Source of the DNA: Octopus vulgaris | Taxonomy: Eukaryota | DNA length: 64,000 nt | Direction: 5' to 3' | Assembly (NCBI GenBank): GCA_951406725.2 | Contig: OX597819.1 | Location: 85,870,001 to 85,934,000, forward strand | In this document: one piece after another, positions 40,024 to 54,120 of the stretch | Layout: every line of letters begins with the position of its first letter | Position numbering within the stretch: position 1 is the first letter of the stretch | The notes under the pieces: generated by a model | What the model saw: only the letters and a program-made list of their open reading frames with translations | Database searches by the model: none | What the model was told of the DNA's origin: nothing | Program-made: the position numbers and the translations under genes

Positions 40024-40173
40024 CAAGTATGGATTCAGGACATCCGTATACCGCAAGCCAACCTTCCCTGGACGATACCTTAACTTCAATTTCCACCCTC
40101 CATAGAGTGTAAAGAGAAGAAATGCTCAGTACCTAAAACATTTAGTAAAGAATATAAGTAGCGATCGTGATAC
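40024..40173 (+). mobile_element. Inverted diverged copy of Penelope segment 39433-39582
   Basis: CAAGTATGGATTCAGGA...GCGATCGTGATAC is a reverse-complement match. Confidence 0.85.
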
Positions 40174-40313
40174 CCTTTGGAAACAATTCAAACTTTGTAC
40201 GAGCCATACCTCGTAGAATTCAAGATGTAATTACTGCCAAATGCGGTCCTACTCCATATCAAAAGATATTTGTTCGAAATTTTAAGGCGTTTCATTATAT
40301 TGTCAAACCCCTG
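40174..40313 (+). mobile_element. Tc1-like transposon 3' end
   Basis: AIPRRIQDVITAKCGPTPY matches the Tc1 C-terminus (SMPRRxxAVIxAKGGxTxY). The segment ends in ..CAAACCCCTG. Confidence 0.75.
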
Positions 40314-40493
40314 TTTATATATTTGAACATTTTGTCCTTAATTCGTTTCCGCTGTTAAACAAATTAGATTTGGAGGTAAGGATATGGAATATTTCTTCGA
40401 GGCATATATTGATATATGTATATATAATTGTGTTTGTGGGTGTGTCCAGATATATACATATAAATATACATGCATGCATGTATATACATACAT

Positions 40494-40535
<42 letters not shown>

Positions 40536-40612
40536 ATATACAAATATATACACATAATACACACACACACACACACACATATATACATATAATACGTATA
40601 CATATATATATA

Positions 40613-41801
40613 CTAGCATTAAAAACCCGTCATTGCCGGGTCATAGTGCTAGTGCATGTATATATGTGTTTATATATGTGTACATATTACATGTACATCT
40701 ATATATATACATCTACACATAAAATACAAAATACAAAGTTATATCTTGATATCGCTAGTGATAACAATACTCAAAATATATAACAAACTGGAATTGTTAG
40801 CCCGTCTCTTGTAATTTCGATCAATTGTATCTTGTCCTCCCTCTTGTATAGAAGTGTGGCTACAATCCAGCCTACCTCTACTTCGGGGGTGGTGGGTTTA
40901 AATATTCTTCCGGGACGTTCTACGTCCCAGATATAAAGGTAAACGTAAAATATTTCCACTTTGCAAGTTCGAGTCGAGTACTCCCTTGCACGCTCCGTTG
41001 ACTCGAACACTTGCTTCTATTGTGGCGAATTTACCGCCTCTGGTTAGATATCTTTCATAGTCGCACCAAGACACTTTTCGGAGGTGCTTTCCTCCAGGTG
41101 TTCAAATCTTTTTTCTCTACATTGTATACTTTATAGACAATAGTCTTTTCTTTAATTTAATTTTTTATTATCCATCTGGACTATTCCATTTCTGCACGCT
41201 AATTTTATTTTTAATTTATTCCCATTCATGTGAAACCACTTATTCAAGTTCAAGTCATTGATGCAATTTTATACCAATTGCTATTTTTACTTTTGTTATG
41301 TTACGATTATATTATACTTTAGTTTGATTTTAATTATTACTTACTACATATAATTCAATTGTTATTATTATCTCTAATTTTTATTGTTAAAGTGAAAGTA
41401 TCTGACATAAAATAGAGAAACGCTTTTGTTTCACTTTTAACACGTAATACTGAAATAGTGGAGAAGATATGATATTGCTATGCGCTCGCTCTAGACAAGA
41501 AGTTGAACATTTCGTTTGCCCATGAAACTACATGGACCCTAAGTAAGGCATGTGTAAAATTTGAATGGAATTGGTTGTGTAGTTCTCAAGTTTTAGGGAA
41601 TTGTAGTGGAGAAGATATGATATTGCTGTGGGCTCGCCCTAGGCAAAAAGTTCAAATTTTTTTACCGATGACACTCCCTGGACCCTAAGTAGTGCATGTG
41701 TAAAATTTGAATGAAATTGGTTTTGTAGTTCTCAATTTTTAGGGAAACACACAGACAGACAGACAGACAGACACACATTCTCAGTTTTATATATATAAAG
41801 A
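40613..41801 (-). mobile_element. Non-autonomous Helitron, copy 2
   Basis: Same termini (TC.. / hairpin + CTAG) and body as 716-1854. Confidence 0.8.
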
Positions 41802-41809
41802 TATATACG

Positions 41810-41998
41810 CACCTGGGCGGGCGGTGTGTTGTGTTCTTAAGCAAAACACTTGATTTTACGTTGCTTCAGTCCCCTTTTCGATCAGAGGTGTAGAGAATAT
41901 TGGCCTGCACGCTTAACCAGTGGCTAAAACAATGCAAAAACCCATTGTTCTGACGAGCGATGTGTAACAACATCTTATAGCTTGGTTGGCCACATAAT

Positions 41999-42005
<7 letters not shown>
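41810..42005 (+). mobile_element. CORE-type SINE fragment
   Basis: GTGTTGTGTTCTTAAGCAAAACACTT core motif. Confidence 0.5.
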
Positions 42006-42080
<75 letters not shown>

Positions 42081-42112
42081 GTATATATGTAAATATATGT
42101 ATATATGTATTA

Positions 42113-42992
42113 CGAGGTCTGACCAATAAATATCCGCACCGTTGCCATTATAACGGAGCTATAGCGTGCAGAGTGAAGCCACTTCGCAAAGATTGACCTT
42201 GAACTGTGCTCTGCATTTTCACTAAGTTTTAACGTTCTAGCACACTGCGCTATATACAACAGTGCTTAGAAATAAGGTGTGTACGTGTGATCATCGCACT
42301 GACTATGACAGAGGAAGTTCTCATGGCTCAGAGACCTACGCAGAGTTGCAGAAAGTTCATGGAGAGGAGAGTATAAGCTCACACAAATGTACGAGTCGTT
42401 CAAGTATTTCCAAGATAACCGAAAAAAATGTCGATACTGACGAACGTTCAGGGAGACTCGCAGCCAGCGGAACTGAGAAAAACATCGTAGATGTGAGCGC
42501 AGCTGTGAAAGTAAATAGTCGAATTGCCATCCGTAAGTAACCAGAGAATGTGGAGATTACTTATGGTTCAATTCAGTACATTATCACTGAAGATTTGGGT
42601 ATCAGACGCGTGTCTGCCAAGTTTGTTTCAAAACCCCTTTCAGCTGGCCAAAAAGACACTCGGGTTTCAGTTTCAGAAGATCTTGATCGTGATGAGAACG
42701 ATGAAAACTTTTAAAGACTTTGCGTAGGCCTCTGAGCAGGTATCGGCAGGCTTTTGGTAAAATTTGATGCAGATTCTCTGCTCAACATTCTCTATCATAG
42801 TCAATGCGACGATTACACCCTACACACCTTCATTGTAAGCCCTGCTATAAACAGCAGAAGTGAACGAGAACAGTAAAACTTAGTGTGCATGCTCAACAGA
42901 GTTTAAGGACAAACTGTTGCAAGCGGCTTCACTCTGCGTGCTTCAGCTTTGTTACTATGGCAACAGTCCGTATACTTCATGATCAGTCTACC
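42113..42992 (+). mobile_element. Internally deleted mariner element
   Basis: TA-flanked imperfect TIRs (CGAGGTCTGACCAATAAATATCCGCACCGTTGCCAT / ATGGCAACAGTCCGTATACTTCATGATCAGTCTACC). HTH remnant ETYAELQKVHGEE..DERSGR. A lone TIR of the same family lies at ~44989-45026. Confidence 0.85.
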
Positions 42993-44805
42993 TATGTATG
43001 TATGCATGTATGTTTGTGTGTGTGTGTGTGTGTTTGCGAGTATGTCTGTGTGTGTGTGTGTCTTCGTGTATGTTTCAGCTGGCTTGTTTCCGTTCCTGTT
43101 ACCTAGCGGTGTGGCAAATGAGATCAATAGCGTTAGTATCAGACTTCAGAAAAATAAGTACAGGGTTGATTTATTCAACTATACCTTTAAAGTTGGCATT
43201 GTAGCTTCACTACAGTCCAATGAATAAAACAATTGATAAAAGAAAAAAAAATGAAAATTTGTTAATGAAGGAAGTTAATTCACTAATATACTATTTCCCT
43301 TCTAAGCTAACTCTGTAGTGCTTTAGATCTTACCACACCACAATTCCTTGCTTATATTTTGATAAAATTATCACTTAGCTTTGACGTTCATATATTTATC
43401 ATCTTTATCTGCGAATGATTTTGACAGAAACTATTTGAAAACAATGTCAAATTAAATCTCATGAATATACATGTAATTCTTTTCAATTTCTAAATGAAGC
43501 TATCACAGATACACAAGCAAAAATATTATTGTCGAGAGGTGTGTAATATTTACTAAATTTACATGGTTTCTTTTCTTTTATTACAACTAAACCTTGGAAC
43601 GATATCATTATTGCATCAAGTAATAAGCTTAAAAGCTTCGAAACATTAAATGTTTCATTTTTGGCACATTATCAAAATAATAGCATGTTGCAATAAATGA
43701 TGTGATTTAATATACAAATGCGTATGGATTTCTATTTTAAAGTGAGCAATACACGAATACACAGCCGTATGCTTACAAGTGTATTATATTTATTTGTATA
43801 ATATATATTTAAAAAATGGAGAGATTTAGAGAAGGAAAACAACGCATCTAGAAACAAATAAACTATGACGATCAAAAAAATGCATGCCTTCTAAATTAGC
43901 GTGCATAAGCACGTCTGCAAATGTATCTCTAAATAAACGTGCATATTACATTTCATATAAACAAACATAAGCTTTTATAGAAAACGAAGTTCATGTCTGT
44001 GTGTGTACGTGTATTCTTTTTACGGATACTAAGTAATCATCCTTGTGAGAATCATCAAACTTGGTGTATGAAACATAACCCAATCTGATATTTCACTTCG
44101 TTTAAACTATTATGTGTCTGATTTGTTTTGACAACTTATTCACCCAATCAGTTGTACTGACAGCAATATTTCTTTTATGCTTCCGTTAGTTTTTGTCTCT
44201 AACATGTGCATGTATTCTAATAAGTTGCGTGTAAGCTCCGTACTCTAAGATGTAATTCCATCCTAGCAAAATGGCAATATCGAACTGCTTATTTTCATAA
44301 TAATAAGCGTTGAAACAAGATTAAAGCGAAACGTATTTTATAAAATCTATTTCTCTTTCTTATACACTTTCTTTCTCTCTTATAGTCTTTCTCTCTTACC
44401 CTTTCATAGACCCTCTCTCCCTCTCCCTCTCAGTTTCTCTGCCATTTGATATATTTCGCATGTATGCAGCTGAGAGAATCTGTAAGTTGAAGTGGTATTC
44501 ATAGGTCTAAGGCATCTTATGAAAATCTTTTTTGATGTAAAGTTATATTGAAACAATACAACCTATTTTTTATAGTATGTACTTTGCGCTTCTTTAAATA
44601 TATTATGTCAGCTATAATTCTGGCACACTTCAGAAACCATCCTCACTAATTTATCATTGTTCTCTACATTAAGAAGCTACTATTAGAACGATCTCAGCAG
44701 CGCAAACTACACCTTCTACATTCATTTTCACTTTCCAGAATTGGTTCTGACACTATACCTAAAGTTCACATAGTGACGCCATATACACCTTACACCCACA
44801 CCCTC

Positions 44806-44846
<41 letters not shown>

Positions 44847-47141
44847 TATTTGTATATGTATGCATACATATATACATAAGTGTGTGATTGTATATGTATA
44901 TGCATATATACATGGCGATTTATTAATATTTTAAATTTGACTTCTCGAGCTTCGACTGCTGTCATCAAAGCCAATAAAACCAGCAGTTCTATGGCAACAG
45001 TCTGGATACTTCATGATCAGACTTCGGAATATCTTTATATAAAATACTGTTGTTAGTAATATGAAATCCAAAACGTAGGTCATGCTCAAGAATATTCGAA
45101 ATAATGGTGGTCCTTATTTCGTCGTAACGTTTCGGCAGGTGACGAATGCATATATATCACGAACAATAGGTAATATGATGGGATATACTCGAATATACAA
45201 GTCATGGTGTTATCTAAATACTGTGACGTTTTCAAAGTTGCATTCCACCAAATGTATGGAAAGAAAAGAGAGAAGAAAGGAAGTATTTGATCATCAACAG
45301 TGGAGGTGTTACGCAGAATTCCAGTTGATTTGCGTAAGGAAGTAAAAGCCACTTGAGGGCTCTTCAAAAGCATGCTAGAGTACTTGAGAGAGGCAAATAG
45401 TAGTAGTTGATGCAGTAACAGCTAATGTATTGTACTGTACCACCTGTTGCAGCGCCGAGGTTATCTGGGAAAAAGAGGCCTAGTTCTGAGACCCTGAAGA
45501 AAATAACTGGAGAGCTGAGGAGAGACGGGGCGACTGAAATAAGTCAATGAAAATAACAAGAGAAAGAAGAAGAGATATAATGCAGAGGGTCGAGGGTAGA
45601 CTGTACCTGTAATTCAAAAGGCATAGCATGGACACACATACAAACACAATACACACACATACACGCACAATTCCATGTGGATCTAGCCACGTTAATTCAT
45701 GTGTTGGCTGTTTTGTGTAGTTTTGTGTAGGCTATTTTGGTAATTAATCTTTAGTCTGAATCATCACACCAAAAGATGGAGACCCACCGCCACAGCCATA
45801 ATATTCCTTTACTTATTCTCATGATTACCGATTGGTGGAAAAGGCAAACGTAGTTGGTGTGACACAAATATAGCTAAAATAATCTTCATTCTGTTCAGCA
45901 CATGAACCAGTATCGATTCCAGGAGAGAGAAAATTCTTTGCATTTGCAACATTATAGCTTCTGAGTTAGACATAGATATCACATAACTATTATTCATCTC
46001 CTGTAATTCTGTAACATAAAAATAAAAAAATAAAATAAATTAATCTACACTTCTGGGGAAAACTGTCAGTTAGATACTCATGATATATTTGTTTTAATTT
46101 ACATTGGTAAAGCTCCAGAGAAAAGGCAAAATCAAAACATTGTATTGCTATATGGTACAACATTTGGTTATTTTAAATGTTGAAAAGAACATCTCTATCA
46201 TTTAAGAGATAGAAGAGACAAAAAGGATTTTATACTGGGATGGTTTAATCAACTAACAACTCACCAATAAGCTACAGCGGACTTAGAGAGCGTTCATTTA
46301 AGAGTCACAAGCACTCAAACAACAGTTCGTTCTCTTGAAAGTATTATGCATGTATGTTACTGATGTTTTTGTTCTCAGTGTGGGCTGCAAGCAGAGAAAA
46401 TCGATTAGGAACGGACGATATACTGTCGCTGGTTTGTGTCCATTTCTATGATCAAATCCCACAGGTTTCGGTGTTATTCAAGGAGAATACTAAAGTTGAT
46501 TCAAATATTTATAACGCATAAATGACTAAAAATAGAGGCAGAATGCTTTGAAAATAATATATAGTTGCATTATTTTGAAATTGTAAATTAAAGAATATTT
46601 AGCAATGCAAATAATACATAATCTATGCATAAAAAGTGAAAATAAAACACAAGTTCATATCTTCAAAAGAATCTATAGAAAATCACATTTCTTTCTGATG
46701 GTTCACTTCTGAAAGTAAGACTATTTCAGTAGACTACTTGTTGAATGATGGATCATATTGAGATGAATTATTTTCATCACTCAATGTATTTCTGTAGAAA
46801 TTAGCTGTGTTTTGAGTGTTACTCTAAAAATAAAGTGAGAAGGCGCGTAATGAAAGAAAGAAAACAACAAATTTTATCAAAATAAACAGTTAACTGGAAC
46901 ATCATACAAATAAACGCTTTCAAAATAATTTCCCAGGGTGATACCTGAGATTTATTTTTTGCTTCGAAAGATCATTAAATAAATATTAAGTTAAAATTAG
47001 AAACATTGATTTCATAAACATTTGTGTGACACACTTGTGTATGAAGTAATTTCGTATAAATAAACAAACATATTTGTTTATTTGATATTTGTAAATTAAT
47101 ACACATACGCAAACCCATATGTATTTCAATATTGATCATAG

Positions 47142-47740
47142 GGCGGCGAGCTGGCAGAAGCGTTGGCACGCTGGGCGAAATGCGTAGCCGTATTTCATCT
47201 GCCGTTACGTTCTGAGTTCAAATTCTGCCGAGGTCGACTATGCCTTTCATCCTTTCGGGGTAGATAAATTAAGTACCAGATACGCACTGGGGTCGATGTA
47301 ATCGAATTAATCCGTTTGTCTGTCCTTTTTTGTCCCCTCTGTGTGTTGCCCCTTGTGGGTAGTAAAAAATCGGTATTTCTTCTGCCGTTACGTTCTGAGT
47401 TCAAATTCCGCCGAGGTCGACTTTGCCTTTCATCCTTTTGGGGTAGATAAATTAAGTACCAGTTACGCACTGGGGTCGATGTATTCAACTTAATCCGTTT
47501 GTCTGTCCTTGTTTGTCCCCTCTGTATATAGCCCCTTGTGGGTAGTAAAGAAATAGGTATTTCTTCTGCCGCTACGTTTTGAGTTCAAATTCCGCCGAGG
47601 TCGACTTTGCCTGTCATCCTTTCGAGGTCGATTAAATAAGTACCAGATACGCACTGGGGTCGATATAATCGACTTAATCCGTTTGTCTGTTCTTGTTTGT
47701 CCCCTCTATGATTAGCCCTCTGTGGGCAATAAAGAAATAA
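47142..47740 (+). mobile_element. Family A SINE tandem trimer (one head plus three ~185-bp bodies)
   Basis: Units restart at GTATTTC(T)TCTGCCG near 47372 and 47557. Confidence 0.9.
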
Positions 47741-48113
47741 ATATCATTCATATGGTACAAATGCCTGAAATGCTCAATTCACCCATTGCGGAAAGTACTT
47801 GGAGTTTTGTATATGTTAATATAGATAAGATAAACAAGCAGTACCATACTTGAACCACAGTTTCATTCGTTCATCCGTATGCCTGAACGCATTTGAAAGT
47901 AATTTTATGACTCTAGTTGAATTAAGGGAGTAAATTGTCCGTTTTTGTCTTCTATCCATAAGGAAATTGCTCTCCTATAAATTCTCAAAGAAGAGTTTGG
48001 GGATGTGTCAGAAAATAATATTACCCTGTTCTATTTGTTTAAGATTATAAGAAGACAACTAGGTGTGACAGAGGTTCTCTCTGAAGCAGAGATTGCAGAA
48101 ATTGGACGATATA

Positions 48114-48203
48114 AAAACGCTGCTGATGAGATGCCAGTGCATTTTCTTTGGTTTCTTTACTCACAAGTGTACTTCGAAAAATATGTTAATTTCCTAGTGT
48201 TTT
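48114..48203 (+). ncRNA. Type-I hammerhead candidate
   Basis: aaaacgctg-CTGATGA-ga..gtgcattt/aagtgtac..tc-GAAA-aat..att-TC-ctagtgtttt. Core intact, stems imperfect. Confidence 0.6.
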
Positions 48204-50696
48204 CAAGAGAACGAATTGTTCGAGAGAAAGTGACTCTTAAATGAGCGCCCTCTAAGCCCGCTGTAGTTCATTGATGAGTTGTTAGTTGATCAAAATATCC
48301 CAGTATAAAATGCTTTTTGTCTCTTCTATGTATTAGCTCTTTAAATGATAGAGATGTTCTTTTCAGCATTTAAGATAACAAAATTTTGTGCAATATAACA
48401 CTTGCCTATTGTTTTAAAGCGATTGCTCGAGTGTGTTGTTAAGAACTGCCTTCTTCCTTCATATAGGCTAATTCATATTAATAGATAGCGGAAACTTTGA
48501 AGTAGTGTAGTGCCCAGGAAGCCTTACAAAACCTGGCGTATATGTACACACATTCCTGCATCTACTGAACTCTTTCAAATATGTTTTAATCAGCAGAAGC
48601 CAGTGAATGCATAACTTATACATCTGAAAACACCGTAGAGTTCTATAACGAGGACTATCCACTAATCAGTAACAATAAAAATAAGGATTCGATAATAGCA
48701 GCACTAGAAAACAGTCTTATAAACGTGTAATCCACCATAAAACATTGGTATAGAAACTGTGTGGCAACTTGGACAAGTGTCTCTTCCAGCAGCCTCGATG
48801 TTTGTGACACATTTCAGTTTCTAAAGGCAAATGCAATGCAGTTACCGCGGAGAAAAAAGATTTCCGTATGGTAAAATGTATAAAACACAATATGTGCCCA
48901 GTGTTTCCCTCTGTCGGTTTTCCAGATGCAGTGTTTCTGTCTCGTAAGCCTTTGTCAATGGGAAATACCGAAGTGGGCTAACTCTGCGCAGATTTAAAGC
49001 CGAAATTTTAACTAAAAAAGAAAAAAGTCAACAACATTGATTGATTAGATAATACAATCATATTATCTAATCGGTACGGAGCCGACATTAGACTTCAAAA
49101 GAGACGTATAGAGAAACTCCATCGAAAACTAGCTCGTCTTTCAAACCATCTAACTTTCCAAAAATGAAAAAAAAAAGTTGTTCTACCTCACGTTTACTAG
49201 AGTTCAGGGTCGCAAAATGAGCGTTGTCCATTCTGAAACAAACTATCGGAAATACTAGAGAATTGGTCCCGAGACAATAGAGCAGGTAACAGCCAACGAG
49301 GTTTGTGACTTCGGCCGAGTTGCTCGCTTCTATCGGTATATCGAAGTCATTAGTTTTCTGTCAAATTGTACAATTCGACGGGCTGCTAGGATAATATCGA
49401 TATAAACTCTAGATAGGTCAGAATATTTTAGTGCAAATATGAGGTCTTCGTTAAGTAGGATAAGAGATACGAAGGCCACCGATGTAACTCCGACTGCTAT
49501 AGCTAAAACCTTAATCACCTCACTTTCTTCCTCTTCTCTCTTATAGCAGTCCCACCTTACTCACACTCCTATATAGTTAACTTCTTCTTTTGCTTTTCTT
49601 CTCATTCTTGACTATTTCATTTCTAAAACTTCTTTTCTTTCTTTTTATTCAGTATCAATGTCTATGCATGGTTGAGATAACATATTTGTTTACCGTTGAT
49701 ATAGTAAAGTGACCTCAGCTTAATATTGACATCGACCATGCCCTAAAGTCAGCATCAATCCAATCTAAACCCCACTTTTCTTTATTCTTAACAAATTTAG
49801 AAAATTTCCCACTCCCCAATTTTTTTACTTCTTCCCTCTTTTCTCTTACCGACCAAGTTATTTTTTCAGAAATTTGGTTTACTATTTTGTTATTTTACAC
49901 AATTCTTCCGATTTCACTGCTCATTTAAAATTATATCTTTGGCGAGTTTCTTAACTAAGGCAACTTCGGTCTGGTGAGAAGCTATCGGAATATCCCTCGT
50001 TGAGCAATTATTACTTCCGAGGATTTGCTACTAAGGGAACATATATAGCCTGAATTTTACCAGCTCCATTCTCTCAATTTGGATTTTTAGTCGCCTTCAT
50101 AGCAACCCTAGTTGGTAACTGTGAACTATAAAACAACTTTTCAGCTTATCGAAATTAGATATAGGAAAAACCTACAACCTTCGATATGGATAAACTATTC
50201 TTGTTTTTTACAATTTCGACGGATCACTCGAAGCTTTTTAACTTCCTAAACCTAGATCCCCGGATCTTACAATCACACACCCACACCCACACCCACCCAA
50301 CACCCATACACTCATACGCACATACACACATACACACACACAAGCCCGCCCCCATATATATACGAGGGGAAGTTAAAAATTATCCGTACTTTCGCCATAA
50401 CATCTTTATTATTGTCTGATTATTTGTGTGTATGGATGAGTGTGTGTGTGTGTGTGTGCATGTGTGTTAGGGGTGTACCTTTTTGTCTGTTTCTCTTTTC
50501 CGTCGCTCGATAACAAGAGTTGGTTTGTTTACGTCTCCGTAACGTTGCTATTCGGCATAAAAGGACCAAACGGATAATCATTTCAGCAACCGTCATATGA
50601 TGATAAATATACATACATAGGTAAATTCATATATATGTATATCGGTGTGCGTGTGTGTTTAAGTGTGTGTATGTGTGAGTGTGTGTGTGTGTGTAT

Positions 50697-50746
<50 letters not shown>

Positions 50747-51935
50747 TACTTGTGTGAATGTATACTTAATCTACAACATTAGAGTCATTCTATGCTAAAA
50801 TACAAATATCGGTGTTCAGCTTTGAATGTCAATCACGTGCAAATTCTTTACATAATTCCAAATACAAATTCAAATATGATGGTTTAATGCAAAGCATAAA
50901 ATAATCTCTGCTTTCTAAAATAACTTCTTTGGAGTGAACCAATATTTTATAGAAAATCAGATTCCGCAATACTAAGAGGTTTTTAATGGCCTTAAGCTCC
51001 ACAAACTGTTCAACAGAGAACAGTCTTTCCTTGAGCTACTGCTGCATGAAAAATAAGTTTCATGTCAACAATATGCACAAAGAAAAGTACTTCAAGCAAA
51101 CACAGAACAAAGAAAGCCAAAATGCAAGAACCTATTCAATATTCGCGCTCCCACTTCATCAGAACACTGATGAAAGAATCTGTTTACATTTTTAAGTAAT
51201 AACCTATAGATTTTTTATAGAATTCAGAGCCAGTACTTACGACGTTTCGTACTCGAATGCATTTATAAAGATAATACGATTGATGATAGAAAAATAAAGT
51301 AGGTGTATATGCATATTTCAAGACTTATTGCTGTTTTATCAGCACCTCATCCAACCCATCAAATATCCATGAACGCATTGCTTCAATACCCATCATGCTT
51401 AGCGTTGTAACTCTATTGGATATACCAACTTAGATACAATTCTGGCAGGTCATAAGTAAGTATTAATTACTGGCAAGGACTAAGTATTTCCTTCTTGCAG
51501 CCATAATATACTATGAAGTATATTAAAGTTTTAGAAGTCAATATTATATCTTACTTTTTGTCCTAGCAGAGTGAAATTCTAATTTTTAAGTGAAAAAAAT
51601 TTGCTTAGGTTTTCTAAATTTTAAACGCTCATCCGAATGAAGTACACTCGCTGCGTCACATGTACCATATAAATGCTGAGATAAAGATTAAAAACAAAAT
51701 TTTAATATAAGAAAATTAAAATAGACGACGTGTGTGTGTGTGTGTGTGTGCATGTGCGTGTTAAATATTAGACACATCGTTACAAAGTGAAAAATTTTGT
51801 GCAGGCTTGATATGAGAAAGCTGGTTCGAGACACAGAGGTTGCCTGAGCTTTATTTGGAGTTGCTATAACACACTGTTTATAAACGGTGGGGGGTTAGTA
51901 GTTTGGTTTGCTTTCAGTGTATGAGTAAATTGATT

Positions 51936-52000
51936 AGCTTCTGGCAGGGATTCGAACCCGGAAGATAATCGGTTAGACATAAGGGGCAAAACACAGTAGC
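51936..52000 (-). pseudogene. tRNA-like relic
   Basis: Minus-strand GCTACTG...GGGTTCGAATCCC..CAGAAGC gives a 6/7-bp acceptor-like stem and a T arm, but no D arm. Confidence 0.3.
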
Positions 52001-52392
52001 TTCATGTGATCAGTCTAATAAACAGATAAATCAGCATGAAGCCATCGTGTGATTCTAGAATCTTCTCCTTGAACCCTCTTTTCTAGAGTCTTCTCCTTGT
52101 ATATAAAGCCACTTTTTGGCGTCCAAGCTCTTTTCAAAGCGTTGAGTCGACTCATTTACGCGTCACACCTCTCACCGCGCGCAGTGTTGAAAGTGGCTGA
52201 GCAAAATGGTCCACCACTTTTACCAGGAACATTTACGCAGACACCTCCAGGTTCTTCAACATTCACACGTCTCACTTCTTACCATGCAGAATGTTGTGCC
52301 TCCATTCTCGCCATATCCAGCCGACTAACACAGATGGCCAATTGTAGACAAGAATTTTAGTAGCCACGTATGTAGCGCTATTATTTCCCAAT

Positions 52393-52714
52393 TGTGATGG
52401 GTATATTAGATATTGCTGCATGAGTACGACTGCCGTAAACTGCAAGCAGTATGTCTCCCCCAGTATGTGATTATTGCTGTTAGTATCTGCAAAAGACTGA
52501 CAGATTTAAAACTCTATGTGCAATAATAAAATAAAATATGTGTTTATTTGAACCACAGATTCACTCGTTCATCCGTATGCCTAAACGCATTTCAAAGTAA
52601 TTTGATGACTAGTTGAATTAAGGGAGTAAATTGTCCGTTTTTGTCTTCCATGAAATTGCCCCCCTATTAATTCTCAAGGAAAATTTTGGGGATGTATTAG
52701 CAAATAATATTACA
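52393..52714 (+). mobile_element. Possible solo LTR; partial second copy at 47850-48025
   Basis: TGTGAT...ATTACA termini and an internal AATAAA. The 3' ~170 bp is repeated at 47850. No TSD seen. Confidence 0.45.
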
Positions 52715-53094
52715 CTGCAACATATATGTATTAATTTTTCGCAGGTGTTGTCTGTTATTTCTTCACGTGGCCTGCGAAATACATTTTCATTCAGAACACG
52801 TCACCTACGACGAACTTTTTTTTGGGGGGTTATCTTGAGCAATTTACTACGGAAGTGAAAATAGATTTTGACAGGCATCAGTACTGGAGAAGGGGCTCAC
52901 ATATGACTGCGCATATATACACATACATATATCTTAACATACACATTCATACACCCGCTCAACCACTCATACATGCATGCATAAGTATATATCTAAAGAT
53001 TTAAACAACGTTACTTAATGCAGCCTCTTACAAGAATATCTTACAAGAATATCTTTTAAAGTAAAATTTAGTAATTACAAGTTTTTTAATAGTA

Positions 53095-53575
53095 GATTAA
53101 GTCACACCTGACTTGGTGTAAGCCCTGTTGACTTTTCCGTTGGCACGCAGGTATCGATGAATGGGTGAATGACCAAATTCAAACTTCTCTGCTAGTTCCT
53201 CAATTAGCAGAGATTTTGTTCCACCAGGGTTTGCAGGACGTCCTCGTCAAGCTCTGCAGATCTTCCAGGACGAGGCTCGTTTCTAGGCTGTAATTTACGG
53301 GTCTGAATTTCTGGAATCACCGTTGACACTGGCTTACGGTTATTGTCCGATCCCTATATACTGCTTTAACATTACTCGCACTTTCTATTGAGTTGTTGCC
53401 TTTCTTGAAGTCATAAAGCAATATATGTCGAATATACACCTTTGTCACTTTCCTTATAGCTTTGAAAAAATAACTGCTAAAATCAAATTGCACTCTTCAA
53501 AGCTTTTATTATCTGCTTTCATAGCAAGTTGATGCAGGTAGTTTATCTCGTCCTCCTCTGAAGCAGTTGAAAAAT
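53095..53575 (-). mobile_element. mariner transposase N-terminal fragment
   Basis: Minus-strand IRHILLYDFKKGNNSIESASNVKAVY..SQCQR*FQKFR..EPRPGRSAELDEDVLQTLVEQN. Confidence 0.85.
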
Positions 53576-53648
<73 letters not shown>

Positions 53649-53649
53649 A

Positions 53650-54120
53650 TAGGAAAAAAATTATAAAAGAATTTCTACCAGTGGCCTAGCATGTATACAA
53701 AGTCAATAGACATACTTTTCATATAAAAATTAGTGTACATTTATACACAAAGATGCAAGCCTTTAACAGGTTGCCTAAAATACTAGAAGGAACAGTCAAA
53801 GAGTCCAGGTCACAGTTAAGAGCAATTTCTATTACTTCTTCCTACCCTATATAAATTTAAGAAATGATTTTAGCAATTTCTGAAGTTTAATCGGAACTTT
53901 TATTTGCTGCAGATTAAAGCTGCTGATAAGCTCTTCGCCTTGCAATTATTTTAATTACTAACCAAAGTTCGAAATTTCGGGTCCGGCGGTAAAACAGTAA
54001 ATGTTTTTATTTTTCATTCCTTTCAAAATTGCTCTTAACTGTGGTTTGAACTTCTTGACTGTTATTTCTAGTATGTTAGGCAACCTGTTTAAGGCGTGCC
54101 TCTTTCTGTATAAATGTACA

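Larger units (their letters stand above)
46150..48400. repeat. ~190-bp inverted repeat pair (46150-46341 / 48200-48400); a hammerhead directly precedes the right arm
   Basis: GAAAAGAACATCTCTATCATTTAAGAG..CATTTAAGAGTCAC versus GTGACTCTTAAATG..ATGATAGAGATGTTCTTTTC. Confidence 0.8.

Noticed and set aside
45440-45795. Possible LTR end plus PBS (..CATCACA..TGGAGACCC)
   Set aside because: An 8-nt gap precedes TGG, and there is no second LTR or internal domain.
47142-47740. CRISPR-like array
   Set aside because: These are tandem SINE bodies with no unique spacers, in eukaryotic context with no cas genes.
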